Below are positions 23,235 to 31,693 of a stretch of 49,019 nucleotides of DNA, in pieces. Under the pieces are notes generated by a model. The model was not told where the DNA came from. It was given only the letters and a program-made list of their open reading frames with translations, and did no database searches. The stretch lies in NCBI GenBank assembly GCA_964636395.1, contig CAZWRQ010000003.1, positions 1 through 49,019 on the forward strand, read 5' to 3'. Numbering within the stretch: the stretch's first letter is position 1; every line of letters starts with the position of its first letter. This DNA is from an uncultured Holophagales bacterium (GTDB lineage: Bacteria > Acidobacteriota > Thermoanaerobaculia > UBA5066). A program made the translations under genes and the position numbers.

Positions 23235-25043
23235 CTAACGGCGGTCGCCGCCGGACGACGCGCGGAACCGTTCGATGCGGGCGGCCACCGCCTTCCCTGC
23301 GGCCGCGGCGAGGGCCTCCGGGGAGGCGGCGAGGACGGCCTCGCCGTTCCCGAAGACCGTCAGGAGCCGTTTCACCGAGGCTGGGCCGAGCCCGGGGACG
23401 GCTAGGAGCGGGCTCCGGAGCGTCCTCCGGGAGCGGGCCCGCCGATGGTGAGAGAGCCCGAATCGGTGGGCCTCGTCCCGGGCCCGCTGGAGCAGCTTCA
23501 GGCCGGCATTCCGCCGGGGCAGCGTGATGGGGAGGGAGCGGCCCGGGACGAAGATCTCCTCCTCCCGTTTCGCGAGGCCCACGGCGGGGAGCTCGATCCC
23601 GACCCGGTCGAGCGCGGCGAGGGCGGCCGAGAGCTGCCCCTTGCCGCCGTCGATGACGAGCAGGTCGGGAAGCGGCTCCCCCTCGGCGCGCCGACGCTCG
23701 TAGCGCCGCGTCACGGCCTCGGCGATCGACGCGAAGTCGTCGGGAACCGGCCGATCGATCCGGAAGGCCCGATACTCGTCCTTCGCCACGGCCCCGTCGA
23801 CGAAGACGACGCAGGAGGCGTACGTGTCGCTCCCCTGGAAGTGCGAGATGTCGAAGCACTCGATGCGGGACGGGCGACGATCGAGGTCGAGCGCTTTCGC
23901 GAGCGCGAGCGTCGCCTTCTCCCCTGCCTCCCGAAGCGTCCTGAAGCGCCTCACGTGGCTCGTCCGCGCGTTGTCCCGGGCGATCCTCACGCGGTCGAAC
24001 GCGGCGCCGCGCTTCGGGGTCCGGATCGCCACCTTCGTCCCGCGTCGGTCCGACAGCCAGGTCTCGAGCGTCTCGAGCGCTTCCTCCGCGACCTCGAGAG
24101 GGAGGTGGACCTCCCGCGGCAGGAACGTCGTCGCGTCGTAGTACTGCGAGAGGAGCGCGACCCAGAACTCCTCCGGGTCGACCTCTCCGAGGCCCTCCCA
24201 GAAGAGCTCCCTCGAGTCGAGGATCGCCCCGCCGCGGACGTGGAGGACGGAGACCGCGACGTTCCCGCCGTCGGCGAAGTCCCCGAACACGTCGACGTCC
24301 TCCCCGGCGAGCGACTGGACGCGCTGCTTCTGCGCCAGCTCCTCCACCGTCCGGAGGCAGTCCCGGTAGGCGGCGGCCATCTCGTACTGCTCGGCGTCGG
24401 CCGCGGCGTCCATCTTCGCGGCGAGGCGCGGCGTCAGCTCCTCGTTCCGCCCCGAGAGGAAGAGGACGACGTCCCGGACGGCGTCGTCGTAGGCCGCCTT
24501 CGTCGTCAGGCCCGCGACGCACGGCCCGAGGCAGGCGTGCATGTCGTGGTAGAGGCAGGGGCGCGGCAGGGTGCCGTCGATCTCGATGCGGCAGGTGCGG
24601 ACCTGGAACATCCGCTGCACCATCTTCATCGCCCCGCGGCAGGTGCGCGCCGGCAGGAACGGCCCGAAGTAGCTGTGCCCGTCCTTCAGGACGCGCCGCG
24701 TCACGTGGGCGCGCGGCCACTCCTCCCCCGTCGTCACCTTGATGTACGGGTACGTCTTGTCGTCCCGCAGCAGGATGTTGTAGCGGGGCTTGTGCTTCTT
24801 GATGAACGCGTTCTCGAGGGCGAGCGCCTCGCTCTCCGTGTTCGCGACGACCGTGTCGATCGTCTCGAACTCCGCGAGGAGCGCCTCGGTCTTCGGGTGC
24901 TTCGGCCCGGCCGCGAAGTACGACGCGAGGCGCTTCCGGATCGACCGCGCCTTGCCGACGTAGAGGATCTTCCCCTTCGCGTCGCGGTAGAGGTAGATCC
25001 CGGGCTGGTCGGGATACGAGGAGAGGTCGGGAGGGGCTCCCAC
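23235..25043 (-). CDS. uvrC: Excinuclease ABC subunit C
   Basis: GIY-YIG N-domain (PGIYLYRDAKGKILYVGKARSIRKRL), UVR domain, endonuclease V-like domain, and C-terminal HhH (VPGLGPASVKRLL). Confidence 0.95.
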   Translation of the reverse strand: MGAPPDLSSYPDQPGIYLYRDAKGKILYVGKARSIRKRLASYFAAGPKHPKTEALLAEFETIDTVVANTESEALALENAFIKKHKPRYNILLRDDKTYPYIKVTTGEEWPRAHVTRRVLKDGHSYFGPFLPARTCRGAMKMVQRMFQVRTCRIEIDGTLPRPCLYHDMHACLGPCVAGLTTKAAYDDAVRDVVLFLSGRNEELTPRLAAKMDAAADAEQYEMAAAYRDCLRTVEELAQKQRVQSLAGEDVDVFGDFADGGNVAVSVLHVRGGAILDSRELFWEGLGEVDPEEFWVALLSQYYDATTFLPREVHLPLEVAEEALETLETWLSDRRGTKVAIRTPKRGAAFDRVRIARDNARTSHVRRFRTLREAGEKATLALAKALDLDRRPSRIECFDISHFQGSDTYASCVVFVDGAVAKDEYRAFRIDRPVPDDFASIAEAVTRRYERRRAEGEPLPDLLVIDGGKGQLSAALAALDRVGIELPAVGLAKREEEIFVPGRSLPITLPRRNAGLKLLQRARDEAHRFGLSHHRRARSRRTLRSPLLAVPGLGPASVKRLLTVFGNGEAVLAASPEALAAAAGKAVAARIERFRASSGGDRR

Positions 25044-25081
25044 GGGACGATTCTAGGGAGCCGGCGCGACGGCGGGCGTCG

Positions 25082-26728
25082 TCAGAGGGCCTTCCCGAGC
25101 TTCGACGCGATGGTCGAGACCTTCACGTAGCCGAAGAACCGGCCGCTGGCAAGGAGACCGAGGCCGTCCGCGACCCGGGTCCGCGCGTCGCGCGCGTAGA
25201 GGACGCCGAAGGCCTTCCGCATGAACTGCTGGAAGGCCCCGTCGTACGGGTACCACCAGGGGGCCGACGGGGAGCCGTGGAGGTCCACGCTGACGTGCTT
25301 GACGTTCACGAGCTCCCGGAGGCCGTGAACGCCGTGGCTTCGCCCGATCCCCGACTTCCCGAGGCCTCCCCAGGAGGCCGTCGGCTCCCCGAACGAGAAG
25401 AGGTGGTCGTTGATCGTCACCGTCCCGGCGCGGAGCTCCTCGACGAGCTTCCGCGCCGTCCGCGTCGACCGCGTCCAGCCGGAGGCCGTGAGCCCGAACT
25501 CCGAGTCGTTCGCGAGGGCGATCGCCTCGTCGAGGGAGTCGACGACCGCGATCGGCAGGACCGGCCCGAACGTCTCCTCCGTCATGACGCGCATCCCGTG
25601 GTGGACGTCGACGAGGACCGTCGGCGGGAACCAGTTCCCCTTCGCGGCCGGCCGCTCGCCTCCGGTGAGCGCACGGGCCCCCTGCGCGAGCGCCTCGCGC
25701 ACCTGCGCGTCGACGAAGTCCCTCTGCTCGGCGGTCGTCATCGGCCCGAGGTCCGTCGCCTCGGCGAGGGGGTCGCCCTGCTGGAGCCGCCGCGTCTTCT
25801 CGACGACCCGGGAGACCAGCTCGTCGGCAATTCTCCGGTCGGCGTAGACGCGCTCGATCGAGCCGCACGCCTGCCCGGCATTCGCGAAGGCGCCCCAGAC
25901 GAGCCCGTTCGCCGTCCGCTCGAGGTCGGCGTCGGACGCGACGACTGCCGCGTCTTTCCCTCCCAGCTCGAGTACGAACGGGGTGACGTTCCCGGCGGCC
26001 TTTCGCATCACGTGCCGGCCCGTCTCGACGGAGCCGGTGAACAGGATTTTGGCGACTGCGGGGTGCTCCAGGAGCCGGTCGACGTCGGACCCGGTCGCCG
26101 GGACGACGTTGACGACCCCCGGCGGCAGGCCCGCCATCCGGCAGAGCTCCCCGATCGCCAGGCCCGTCCGGGGCGTTGCGGAGGAGGGCTTGAGGACGAC
26201 GGTGTTGCCGGCGGCGAGGCACGCGGCGACCTCCACCATCGGGATCGCGAACGGGAAGTTCCACGGTGTGATCACCGCGATGACGCCGAGCGGCTCGCAG
26301 CGGTCGGAGGCCGCCTTGTGCGCGAAGAGGAGCTGCTCGTAGTCGACCGGCCTCTCCGCGAGGAGCTCCTCCGTGTGTCGGGAGAGGTACCGGAGCGCGT
26401 CGGCGGCGGGCACGAGGTCGAGGGCGCGCGCTTCGGCGACCGGCTTCCCCTGCTCGGCCGCCACGAGCCGCGCGAGGTCATCGTGCGAGCGTCGGACCGC
26501 CTCGAGGAGGGCTTCGAGGTGTCTTCGTCGCTCCTTCGGGCTCCGCGCCCCCCAGTGGAGGAAGGCCTTCCGCGCCGCCGCGACGGCGGCGTCGATCTCC
26601 CCGGCCCCCCCGCGCCTCACCTCGGCGAGCGGGGCCCCCGTCGCCGGGTTCCGCGTGACGAACGTCCTCCCCGTCTCGACGTCGAGCCCGTCGATGATCG
26701 GCCCGGCCGGCGGGGAGAAGCGCCTCAA
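25082..26728 (-). CDS. NAD(P)-dependent aldehyde dehydrogenase family protein
   Basis: Last 548 codons of track ORF 25082..27442. Motifs: NPATGAPLAEV, FTGSVETGRHV, glutamate motif LELGGKDA, catalytic Cys region NAGQACGSIERVY. About 70-aa C-terminal extension. The proposed TTG start at 26726-26728 overlaps the SDR stop (TTGA). The start is uncertain. Confidence 0.85.
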   Translation of the reverse strand: MRRFSPPAGPIIDGLDVETGRTFVTRNPATGAPLAEVRRGGAGEIDAAVAAARKAFLHWGARSPKERRRHLEALLEAVRRSHDDLARLVAAEQGKPVAEARALDLVPAADALRYLSRHTEELLAERPVDYEQLLFAHKAASDRCEPLGVIAVITPWNFPFAIPMVEVAACLAAGNTVVLKPSSATPRTGLAIGELCRMAGLPPGVVNVVPATGSDVDRLLEHPAVAKILFTGSVETGRHVMRKAAGNVTPFVLELGGKDAAVVASDADLERTANGLVWGAFANAGQACGSIERVYADRRIADELVSRVVEKTRRLQQGDPLAEATDLGPMTTAEQRDFVDAQVREALAQGARALTGGERPAAKGNWFPPTVLVDVHHGMRVMTEETFGPVLPIAVVDSLDEAIALANDSEFGLTASGWTRSTRTARKLVEELRAGTVTINDHLFSFGEPTASWGGLGKSGIGRSHGVHGLRELVNVKHVSVDLHGSPSAPWWYPYDGAFQQFMRKAFGVLYARDARTRVADGLGLLASGRFFGYVKVSTIASKLGKAL

Positions 26729-27843
26729 ATCATCGCTCCGCGCGTGATCTTCTCGACGTGTCGGCGGTAGAAGGCGACGAGGTTCTGCACGTAGTCGGCA
26801 AAGGGCGGGCACGAGACGCCGAACGGCGCGAGGTCCGCCGCGGCCTGGGAGGAGTCGTAGCGGGCGGGGTGGTCGAAGTACTCGACCGTGACGGCCGGCA
26901 TCCCGAACCAGTCCTGGATCGGCTTCGGCGAGAAGAGGAGCTTCGCGACCACGGCCGGGACGGGTACGTAGACGAACTGCTTGCCGAGCGCCTTCGCGAA
27001 CAGCTCCTCGATCTCGAACGCGGAGAGCGGGCGCGGATCGGTGAGGTGGTACGTCTTCCCGATCGACCCCTCCCACGTCGAGAGGCGCGCGATCGCCTCG
27101 AGGACGAAGTCGACCGGGACGAGGTTCACCGGGTTCGTCCCCGTGCCCACTTTCACGAAGACGCCGGGCGACGGGAGCTGCCTCATCGCGTTCAGGGCGA
27201 AGTAGGGGCCGTCGAACTTCGCCGTCTCGCCGGTCCTCGAGTCGCCGACGACGATGGCGGGGCGGTAGGTGGCGGTCGGGAGGGCGCTCCCCCTCACCGC
27301 CTCCTCGGCCAGGAACTTCGTCTCCTCGTAGTAGTTCTTGAACGACTGCCCGACGTCGAGGTCCGTCTCGCGGAAGAGCCCGACCGCCGTCCCCGAGACG
27401 TAGGCGGTGGAGACGTAGTCGAACCGGCGCAGGTGCGGACATTCCTCGAGGAACGCGAGGACGTTCCGCGTCCCCTCCACGTTGATCCGCATCCCGACCT
27501 CCCGCGGGACCGCGAGGTCGTAGACGGCGGCGAGGTGGTAGCAGCCGGTCAGCTTGCGGTGGAGGACACGGGCCTCCGTCTCCCCGATCCCGAGACCCGG
27601 CGCCGTGATGTCTCCGACGACGAGCTCGATGCGCCCCGCCGTTCCCGGATGCGCCTCGGCCAGCTGGGCGACCGAGGAGCGCGCGAGGTCGAGGAACTTC
27701 TCCTGCACGAGACAGTGGAAAAGGGTGTCGGGCTCGAGCTCCAAGAGGCGCGGGATGAGCCGCGCGCCGATGAAGCCCGGGAACCCGGTGAAGAGGACGA
27801 CTCGGGACGGGGCGGGGGTCGCGCTCGCTTTCTTCCTGGCCAT
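26725..27843 (-). CDS. SDR-superfamily protein resembling thioester/acyl-CoA reductase domains (NAD_binding_4, 'male sterility' type)
   Basis: Rossmann motif VVLFTGFPGFIGARL, YVSTAYVSG, and catalytic YxxxK in NYYEETKFLAE. 372 aa, ATG start at 27843. The subfamily call is from pattern memory, not a search. Confidence 0.7.
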   Translation of the reverse strand: MARKKASATPAPSRVVLFTGFPGFIGARLIPRLLELEPDTLFHCLVQEKFLDLARSSVAQLAEAHPGTAGRIELVVGDITAPGLGIGETEARVLHRKLTGCYHLAAVYDLAVPREVGMRINVEGTRNVLAFLEECPHLRRFDYVSTAYVSGTAVGLFRETDLDVGQSFKNYYEETKFLAEEAVRGSALPTATYRPAIVVGDSRTGETAKFDGPYFALNAMRQLPSPGVFVKVGTGTNPVNLVPVDFVLEAIARLSTWEGSIGKTYHLTDPRPLSAFEIEELFAKALGKQFVYVPVPAVVAKLLFSPKPIQDWFGMPAVTVEYFDHPARYDSSQAAADLAPFGVSCPPFADYVQNLVAFYRRHVEKITRGAMI

Positions 27844-27866
27844 ACCGTGCCTCTCTTCCCGACAGT

Positions 27867-28646
27867 CTAGAGCGGTTTCTGCAACGCGGCGTCAGTCCGG
27901 AGCCTCTCCCGGAACGCCTCGATCGCCCGGAGCATCGCGGGAGGCCGGGCGCACGACTCTCCGTCGAGGGAGACGATCGGCGCCGCGGTGGTGAGCGAGC
28001 CGAGGAGGAAGCTGCCGGCGAGGAGCTCCTCCCGACCGATCCCCCGCCGCTCCCCTGCCCCTTCCAGGAACGCTTCGGCCGTCACGGAGGGGAGGCCTCC
28101 CGGGCCGAGCCCGGCGAGGCGGCCCCCGTTCCAGGCGACGAGAGCCGTCGAGCTCCCCTCCACGTAGGCCTCGCCGTCCCGGAAGAGCGCCTCGTCGCAC
28201 CCCGCCTTCCGCGCGTGCCGGAGCGCCGCGACGGCGCCGAAGTAGCTCGTCGACTTGAACCCGGAGGAGTCCCGCCGGAAGCGCTCGGGCGCGGTCATCG
28301 CCCGGGAGCCGGCGCGCCGCGACAGCGTGTTCGGCGGGATCGGCCGGACCGACGCGTCGAGCCTCCAGGAGGCCGGCTCCTCCACGTCGTGGCCGATGGC
28401 GATCCAGGAGAGGCGAAGGGAGCGCTCGTCGTCGCCGTCGGAGATTCCGCCGAGAGCGGCACGGGCCCCCGACTCGACCGCGTCGCCGGAGGGGGCCGGT
28501 AGCTCGAGCGCCTCGAGCGTCGCGAGCAGCCGACGCAGGTGCGCCTCCCAGAGGACGGCGCGGCGACCGACGACGAGGAGAGTCTCGAAAAAGCCGAAGC
28601 CGCGCTCGACGACGGGCGCGTCGTAGGGGATCGGGTCGGGGCTCAT
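27867..28646 (-). CDS. pabC: Aminodeoxychorismate lyase / class IV aminotransferase fold protein
   Basis: Last 259 codons of track ORF 27867..29795. GFGFFETL N-terminus and lysine motif GFKSTSY. The ATG overlaps the pabB stop (ATGA at 28643-28646). Confidence 0.75.
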   Translation of the reverse strand: MSPDPIPYDAPVVERGFGFFETLLVVGRRAVLWEAHLRRLLATLEALELPAPSGDAVESGARAALGGISDGDDERSLRLSWIAIGHDVEEPASWRLDASVRPIPPNTLSRRAGSRAMTAPERFRRDSSGFKSTSYFGAVAALRHARKAGCDEALFRDGEAYVEGSSTALVAWNGGRLAGLGPGGLPSVTAEAFLEGAGERRGIGREELLAGSFLLGSLTTAAPIVSLDGESCARPPAMLRAIEAFRERLRTDAALQKPL

Positions 28647-29830
28647 CTCACCTCGCTCTCGCCCGCCGCAACGGCGAGCGCCCGGAAGAACTCTCGGGAC
28701 TTCGTCTCGGATTCCTCCCACTCGTGCCGCGGGTCGGAGTCCCAGACGATCCCGCCCCCCGCATGGTAGGCGACCGCCGCCCCCGAGACGATCGCCGTCC
28801 GGATCGCCACGTTCAGCACCGCCGTTCCGTCGCCCCTTACGAACCCGGCGGCGCCGGTGTAGGGCCCCCGGGGCGCGGGCTCGAGCCGGCGGATGAAGCG
28901 AAGGGCCGACCGCTTCGGCGCCCCCGTGATCGACCCGGCCGGGAGCGTCGCGAGGAGGAGGTCGGAGAGCCCGGCCCCTGGCGCGAGCGATCCCGCGACG
29001 GTCGACTCCAGGTGGTGCAGGTGTCGGTAGCTCTTCACGCTGCGCAGGGCCGGGACGTGGACGCTCCCCGGCCGGCAGACTCGGCCGAGGTCGTTTCGGA
29101 CGAGGTCGACGATCATCAGGTGTTCCGCCGCGTCTTTCTCCGACGAGAGAAGGAGGGCGCGGGCCGCCGCCTCCGAGCCGCCGGCCGTACGCGCGACGGT
29201 CCCCTTGATCGGAGCCGAGGCGACACGCCGGGAGGCGAGGTCCGCATTCAGGAAGAGCTCTGGGGAGTTGGAGACGACGGCGGCCGCGCCCGTCTCGACG
29301 AGGATTGCGTAGGGCACCGCGTTGTCCTCGTAGAGGAGGGCCGCGAGGCGGCGCGCCGGCACGCGGAGCGGGCGGACGACCCGGCGCGTGAGGTTCGCCT
29401 GGTAGACGTCTCCCCGCTCGATCCCGGCGCGGATCTGGGCGACTGCGTCCGACCACTCGTCTCGCGTCATCTCGGCGGGAGGATCGAACGGTCGGGCGCC
29501 GCCGTGGCATCGGGACGGACCCGGACGCTTCGATCGCTCGCCGGCCGCCGCCCGCAGATCGAAGATACCGAACCAGGCGAGAGGCGTCGGCGGGGGTCGG
29601 AAGAGCGCCGTCGACCCCTCGAGCGCGACGCCGGCCTCGTAGGCGAGGAAGCCCGCCGCGATGAGCTCCTGGCGGCCCGACCGCGCCAACGCGTCGAGAC
29701 GGTCGACGAGCCGCGGCAGCTCCTCCGGACGATCCGCCGCCACCTCCAGGACCTCGAGAGGGTCGCGGAGCTCGAGCGGCTCCGGGAGCCTCCACCCGGG
29801 ACCCCGCAGGAGAACGAAGGGCGACGGCAC
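28643..29830 (-). CDS. pabB: Aminodeoxychorismate synthase component I (chorismate-binding enzyme)
   Basis: GDVYQANLT, SPELFL, APIKGT, EKDAAEHLMIVDLVRNDLGRV, LPAGSITGAPK, RGPYTGAAGF, GGGIVWDSDP. GTG start at 29830. No glutamine amidotransferase partner in the window. Confidence 0.85.
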   Translation of the reverse strand: MPSPFVLLRGPGWRLPEPLELRDPLEVLEVAADRPEELPRLVDRLDALARSGRQELIAAGFLAYEAGVALEGSTALFRPPPTPLAWFGIFDLRAAAGERSKRPGPSRCHGGARPFDPPAEMTRDEWSDAVAQIRAGIERGDVYQANLTRRVVRPLRVPARRLAALLYEDNAVPYAILVETGAAAVVSNSPELFLNADLASRRVASAPIKGTVARTAGGSEAAARALLLSSEKDAAEHLMIVDLVRNDLGRVCRPGSVHVPALRSVKSYRHLHHLESTVAGSLAPGAGLSDLLLATLPAGSITGAPKRSALRFIRRLEPAPRGPYTGAAGFVRGDGTAVLNVAIRTAIVSGAAVAYHAGGGIVWDSDPRHEWEESETKSREFFRALAVAAGESEVR

Positions 29831-29850
29831 GCTCAGGTAGTCTACGGAGC

Positions 29851-30270
29851 GTGAGCGAGGAACGCCGGGTCGAGACCGATGTGAAAGTCCGCTACGCCGA
29901 GACCGACGCGCAGGGAGTCGTCTACCACGGCTCCTACGTCGTCTGGTTCGAGGTCGGGCGGACCGAGTACTGCGAGGCCGCCGGCTATCCCTACCCGCGG
30001 ATGGAGGCCGAGGGAGTGCAGATCGTCGTCGTCGACCTCGCGGCCCGCTTCCGGCGGCCAGCCCGCTACGGCGACGTCGTGCGCGTCGCGACCCGCCTCG
30101 CCACCATCCGGAGCCGCGGCTGCACGTTCGCGTACCGCGTCTTCCTGCCGGACGGCGGCCTCGCCGTCGAGGGCGAGACGGTCCACGTCTTCGTCGATGC
30201 CGCGACGGGCCGCACGATCGCCGCGCCCGAGTCGATCCGCATGGTCCTCGCCGCCTTCGCGGCAGGATGA
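29851..30270 (+). CDS. ybgC: Acyl-CoA thioesterase, YbgC/4HBT hot-dog family
   Basis: VRYAETDAQGVVYHGSYVVWFEVGRTEY...VVVDLAARFRRPARYGDVVRV is the typical 4HBT class II pattern. GTG start. Confidence 0.85.
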   Translation: MSEERRVETDVKVRYAETDAQGVVYHGSYVVWFEVGRTEYCEAAGYPYPRMEAEGVQIVVVDLAARFRRPARYGDVVRVATRLATIRSRGCTFAYRVFLPDGGLAVEGETVHVFVDAATGRTIAAPESIRMVLAAFAAG

Positions 30271-30274
30271 GGTT

Positions 30275-30766
30275 TCAGGTCCCTTTACCGTTCGGCAGCT
30301 TCTTCTGAAGCGCCCGGTAGACGAGCGACGGAACGAGCTCCGAGACGTTCCCTCCGAGCCTGTGGACCTCCTTCACGAGGCGGCTCGAGAGGTACGAGAG
30401 CTCCTCCTTCGGCGTCAGGAAGACCGTCTCGACCTCCGGGTCGAGGCGCCGGTTCATCAGGGCCATCTGGAACTCGTACTCGAAATCGGAGACGACCCGC
30501 AGGCCGCGGAGGACGATGTTCGTCTTCTCGGCGCGGAGAAAGTCGACGAGGAGGCCGGAGAACGCCTTCACCTTCACTTTTGGCTCGCGGCGGAAGACGT
30601 CCCGTGTCATCTGCACGCGCTCTTCGACTGTGAAGAGAGGGGCCTTCTCGGTGTTGCAGAGGACGGCGACGAGGACGCGGTCGAAAATGTGGCAGCCCCG
30701 GCGGACGAGGTCGACGTGCCCGTTCGTCATCGGGTCGAACGAGCCCGGATAGACGGCGATTCGCAT
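30275..30766 (-). CDS. coaD: Phosphopantetheine adenylyltransferase
   Basis: MRIAVYPGSFDPMTNGHVDLVRRG (T/HxGH motif). 163 aa. Confidence 0.95.
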   Translation of the reverse strand: MRIAVYPGSFDPMTNGHVDLVRRGCHIFDRVLVAVLCNTEKAPLFTVEERVQMTRDVFRREPKVKVKAFSGLLVDFLRAEKTNIVLRGLRVVSDFEYEFQMALMNRRLDPEVETVFLTPKEELSYLSSRLVKEVHRLGGNVSELVPSLVYRALQKKLPNGKGT

Positions 30767-30824
30767 GAGGTGAGGGGCATTCTAGGAGACGGACGGGGAA
30801 AGCGCTCACCGCTGGCAGGAGCCG

Positions 30825-30846
30825 GGGGGCGGAGGACATCGCCCCC
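30825..30846 (-). terminator. G/C hairpin after the ABC permease stop (possible terminator)
   Basis: gggggc (30825-30830) and gccccc (30841-30846) form a 6-bp stem with a 10-nt loop, 8 nt beyond the TAG at 30854-30856. Confidence 0.25.
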
Positions 30847-30853
30847 GACGAGC

Positions 30854-31693
30854 CTAGCGGCTTTCGGAAAGCGCCTCTCCGGCTTTCCGCGCCGAAAGGA
30901 CGAGGAAGAAGAGCGCGGCGGCGGGCGGGACGACGCACCACCAGGCGCTCGTCAGGCTCTCCCTCGCGTCCGCGAGCGCCCGCCCCCAGGAGGCCGTCGG
31001 CGGCGGCACGCCGAGGCCGAGAAAGGAAAGCGACGCCTCGAGGAGGACCGCCCCGCCGACGACGTATGGGAGCGAGGCGAGCGCAGGAGCGACCGCACCG
31101 GGAAGGACGTGCCGGAGAACGACGCGGGCGGGGCTCGCGCCCGCCGCGCGGGCCGCCTCGACGTGAGGAGAGGCGGAGAGACGGAGCGCCTCGGCCCTCA
31201 CGAGCCGCGCCGCCTCGGGCCAGGCCGTCAGCGCGATCAGGAGCGCGGCAGTCCAGCGCGACGGTGGGGCGAGAGCCGCTCCCGCGGCGACGAGGACGAG
31301 GGCCGGAAAAGCCTGGACCACCCCGGTGACCACGAGGACGGCCCGGTCGACTCCCGGACCGAGCGTGCCGGCAGCGGCACCGAGGGACGTCCCGGCGGCG
31401 AACGCGAGCGCGGCCGCGGCCAGACCGACGAGGACGGAGACGCGCGCCCCGTGGAGGAGGCGCGCCAGGACGTCCCGCCCCAGGTCGTCGGTGCCGAGCA
31501 GGTGGGTCCCGTCCGGAGGGCGCAGGCGGACCGCGAGGTCGGTCGCGTCGGGGTCGAACGGGACGGGCGTCAGCACGCGGATCGCCCGCGGGACGTCGTC
31601 GGGCAGCGCTCGCGCGAGGAGCGGCGCCAGGAGGGCCAGCGCCGGGAAGAGCGCCAGGACGAGGAGACGTCGCCGGACACGGCTGCGCGTCAT
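30854..31693 (-). CDS. ABC transporter permease, DppC/OppC-like
   Basis: Polytopic 279-aa protein with the binding-protein-dependent permease pattern (EAARAAGASPARVVLRHVLPG). The ATG overlaps the upstream permease stop (ATGA at 31690-31693). Confidence 0.85.
   Translation of the reverse strand: MTRSRVRRRLLVLALFPALALLAPLLARALPDDVPRAIRVLTPVPFDPDATDLAVRLRPPDGTHLLGTDDLGRDVLARLLHGARVSVLVGLAAAALAFAAGTSLGAAAGTLGPGVDRAVLVVTGVVQAFPALVLVAAGAALAPPSRWTAALLIALTAWPEAARLVRAEALRLSASPHVEAARAAGASPARVVLRHVLPGAVAPALASLPYVVGGAVLLEASLSFLGLGVPPPTASWGRALADARESLTSAWWCVVPPAAALFFLVLSARKAGEALSESR

Noticed and set aside
21694-24720. N-terminal ~1000 codons of the 1209-aa track ORF 21091..24720.
   Set aside because: This is an alternative frame across the J-domain gene and uvrC with a poly-Arg/Pro/Gly translation. 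Only the final 200 codons (DUF4126) are credible.
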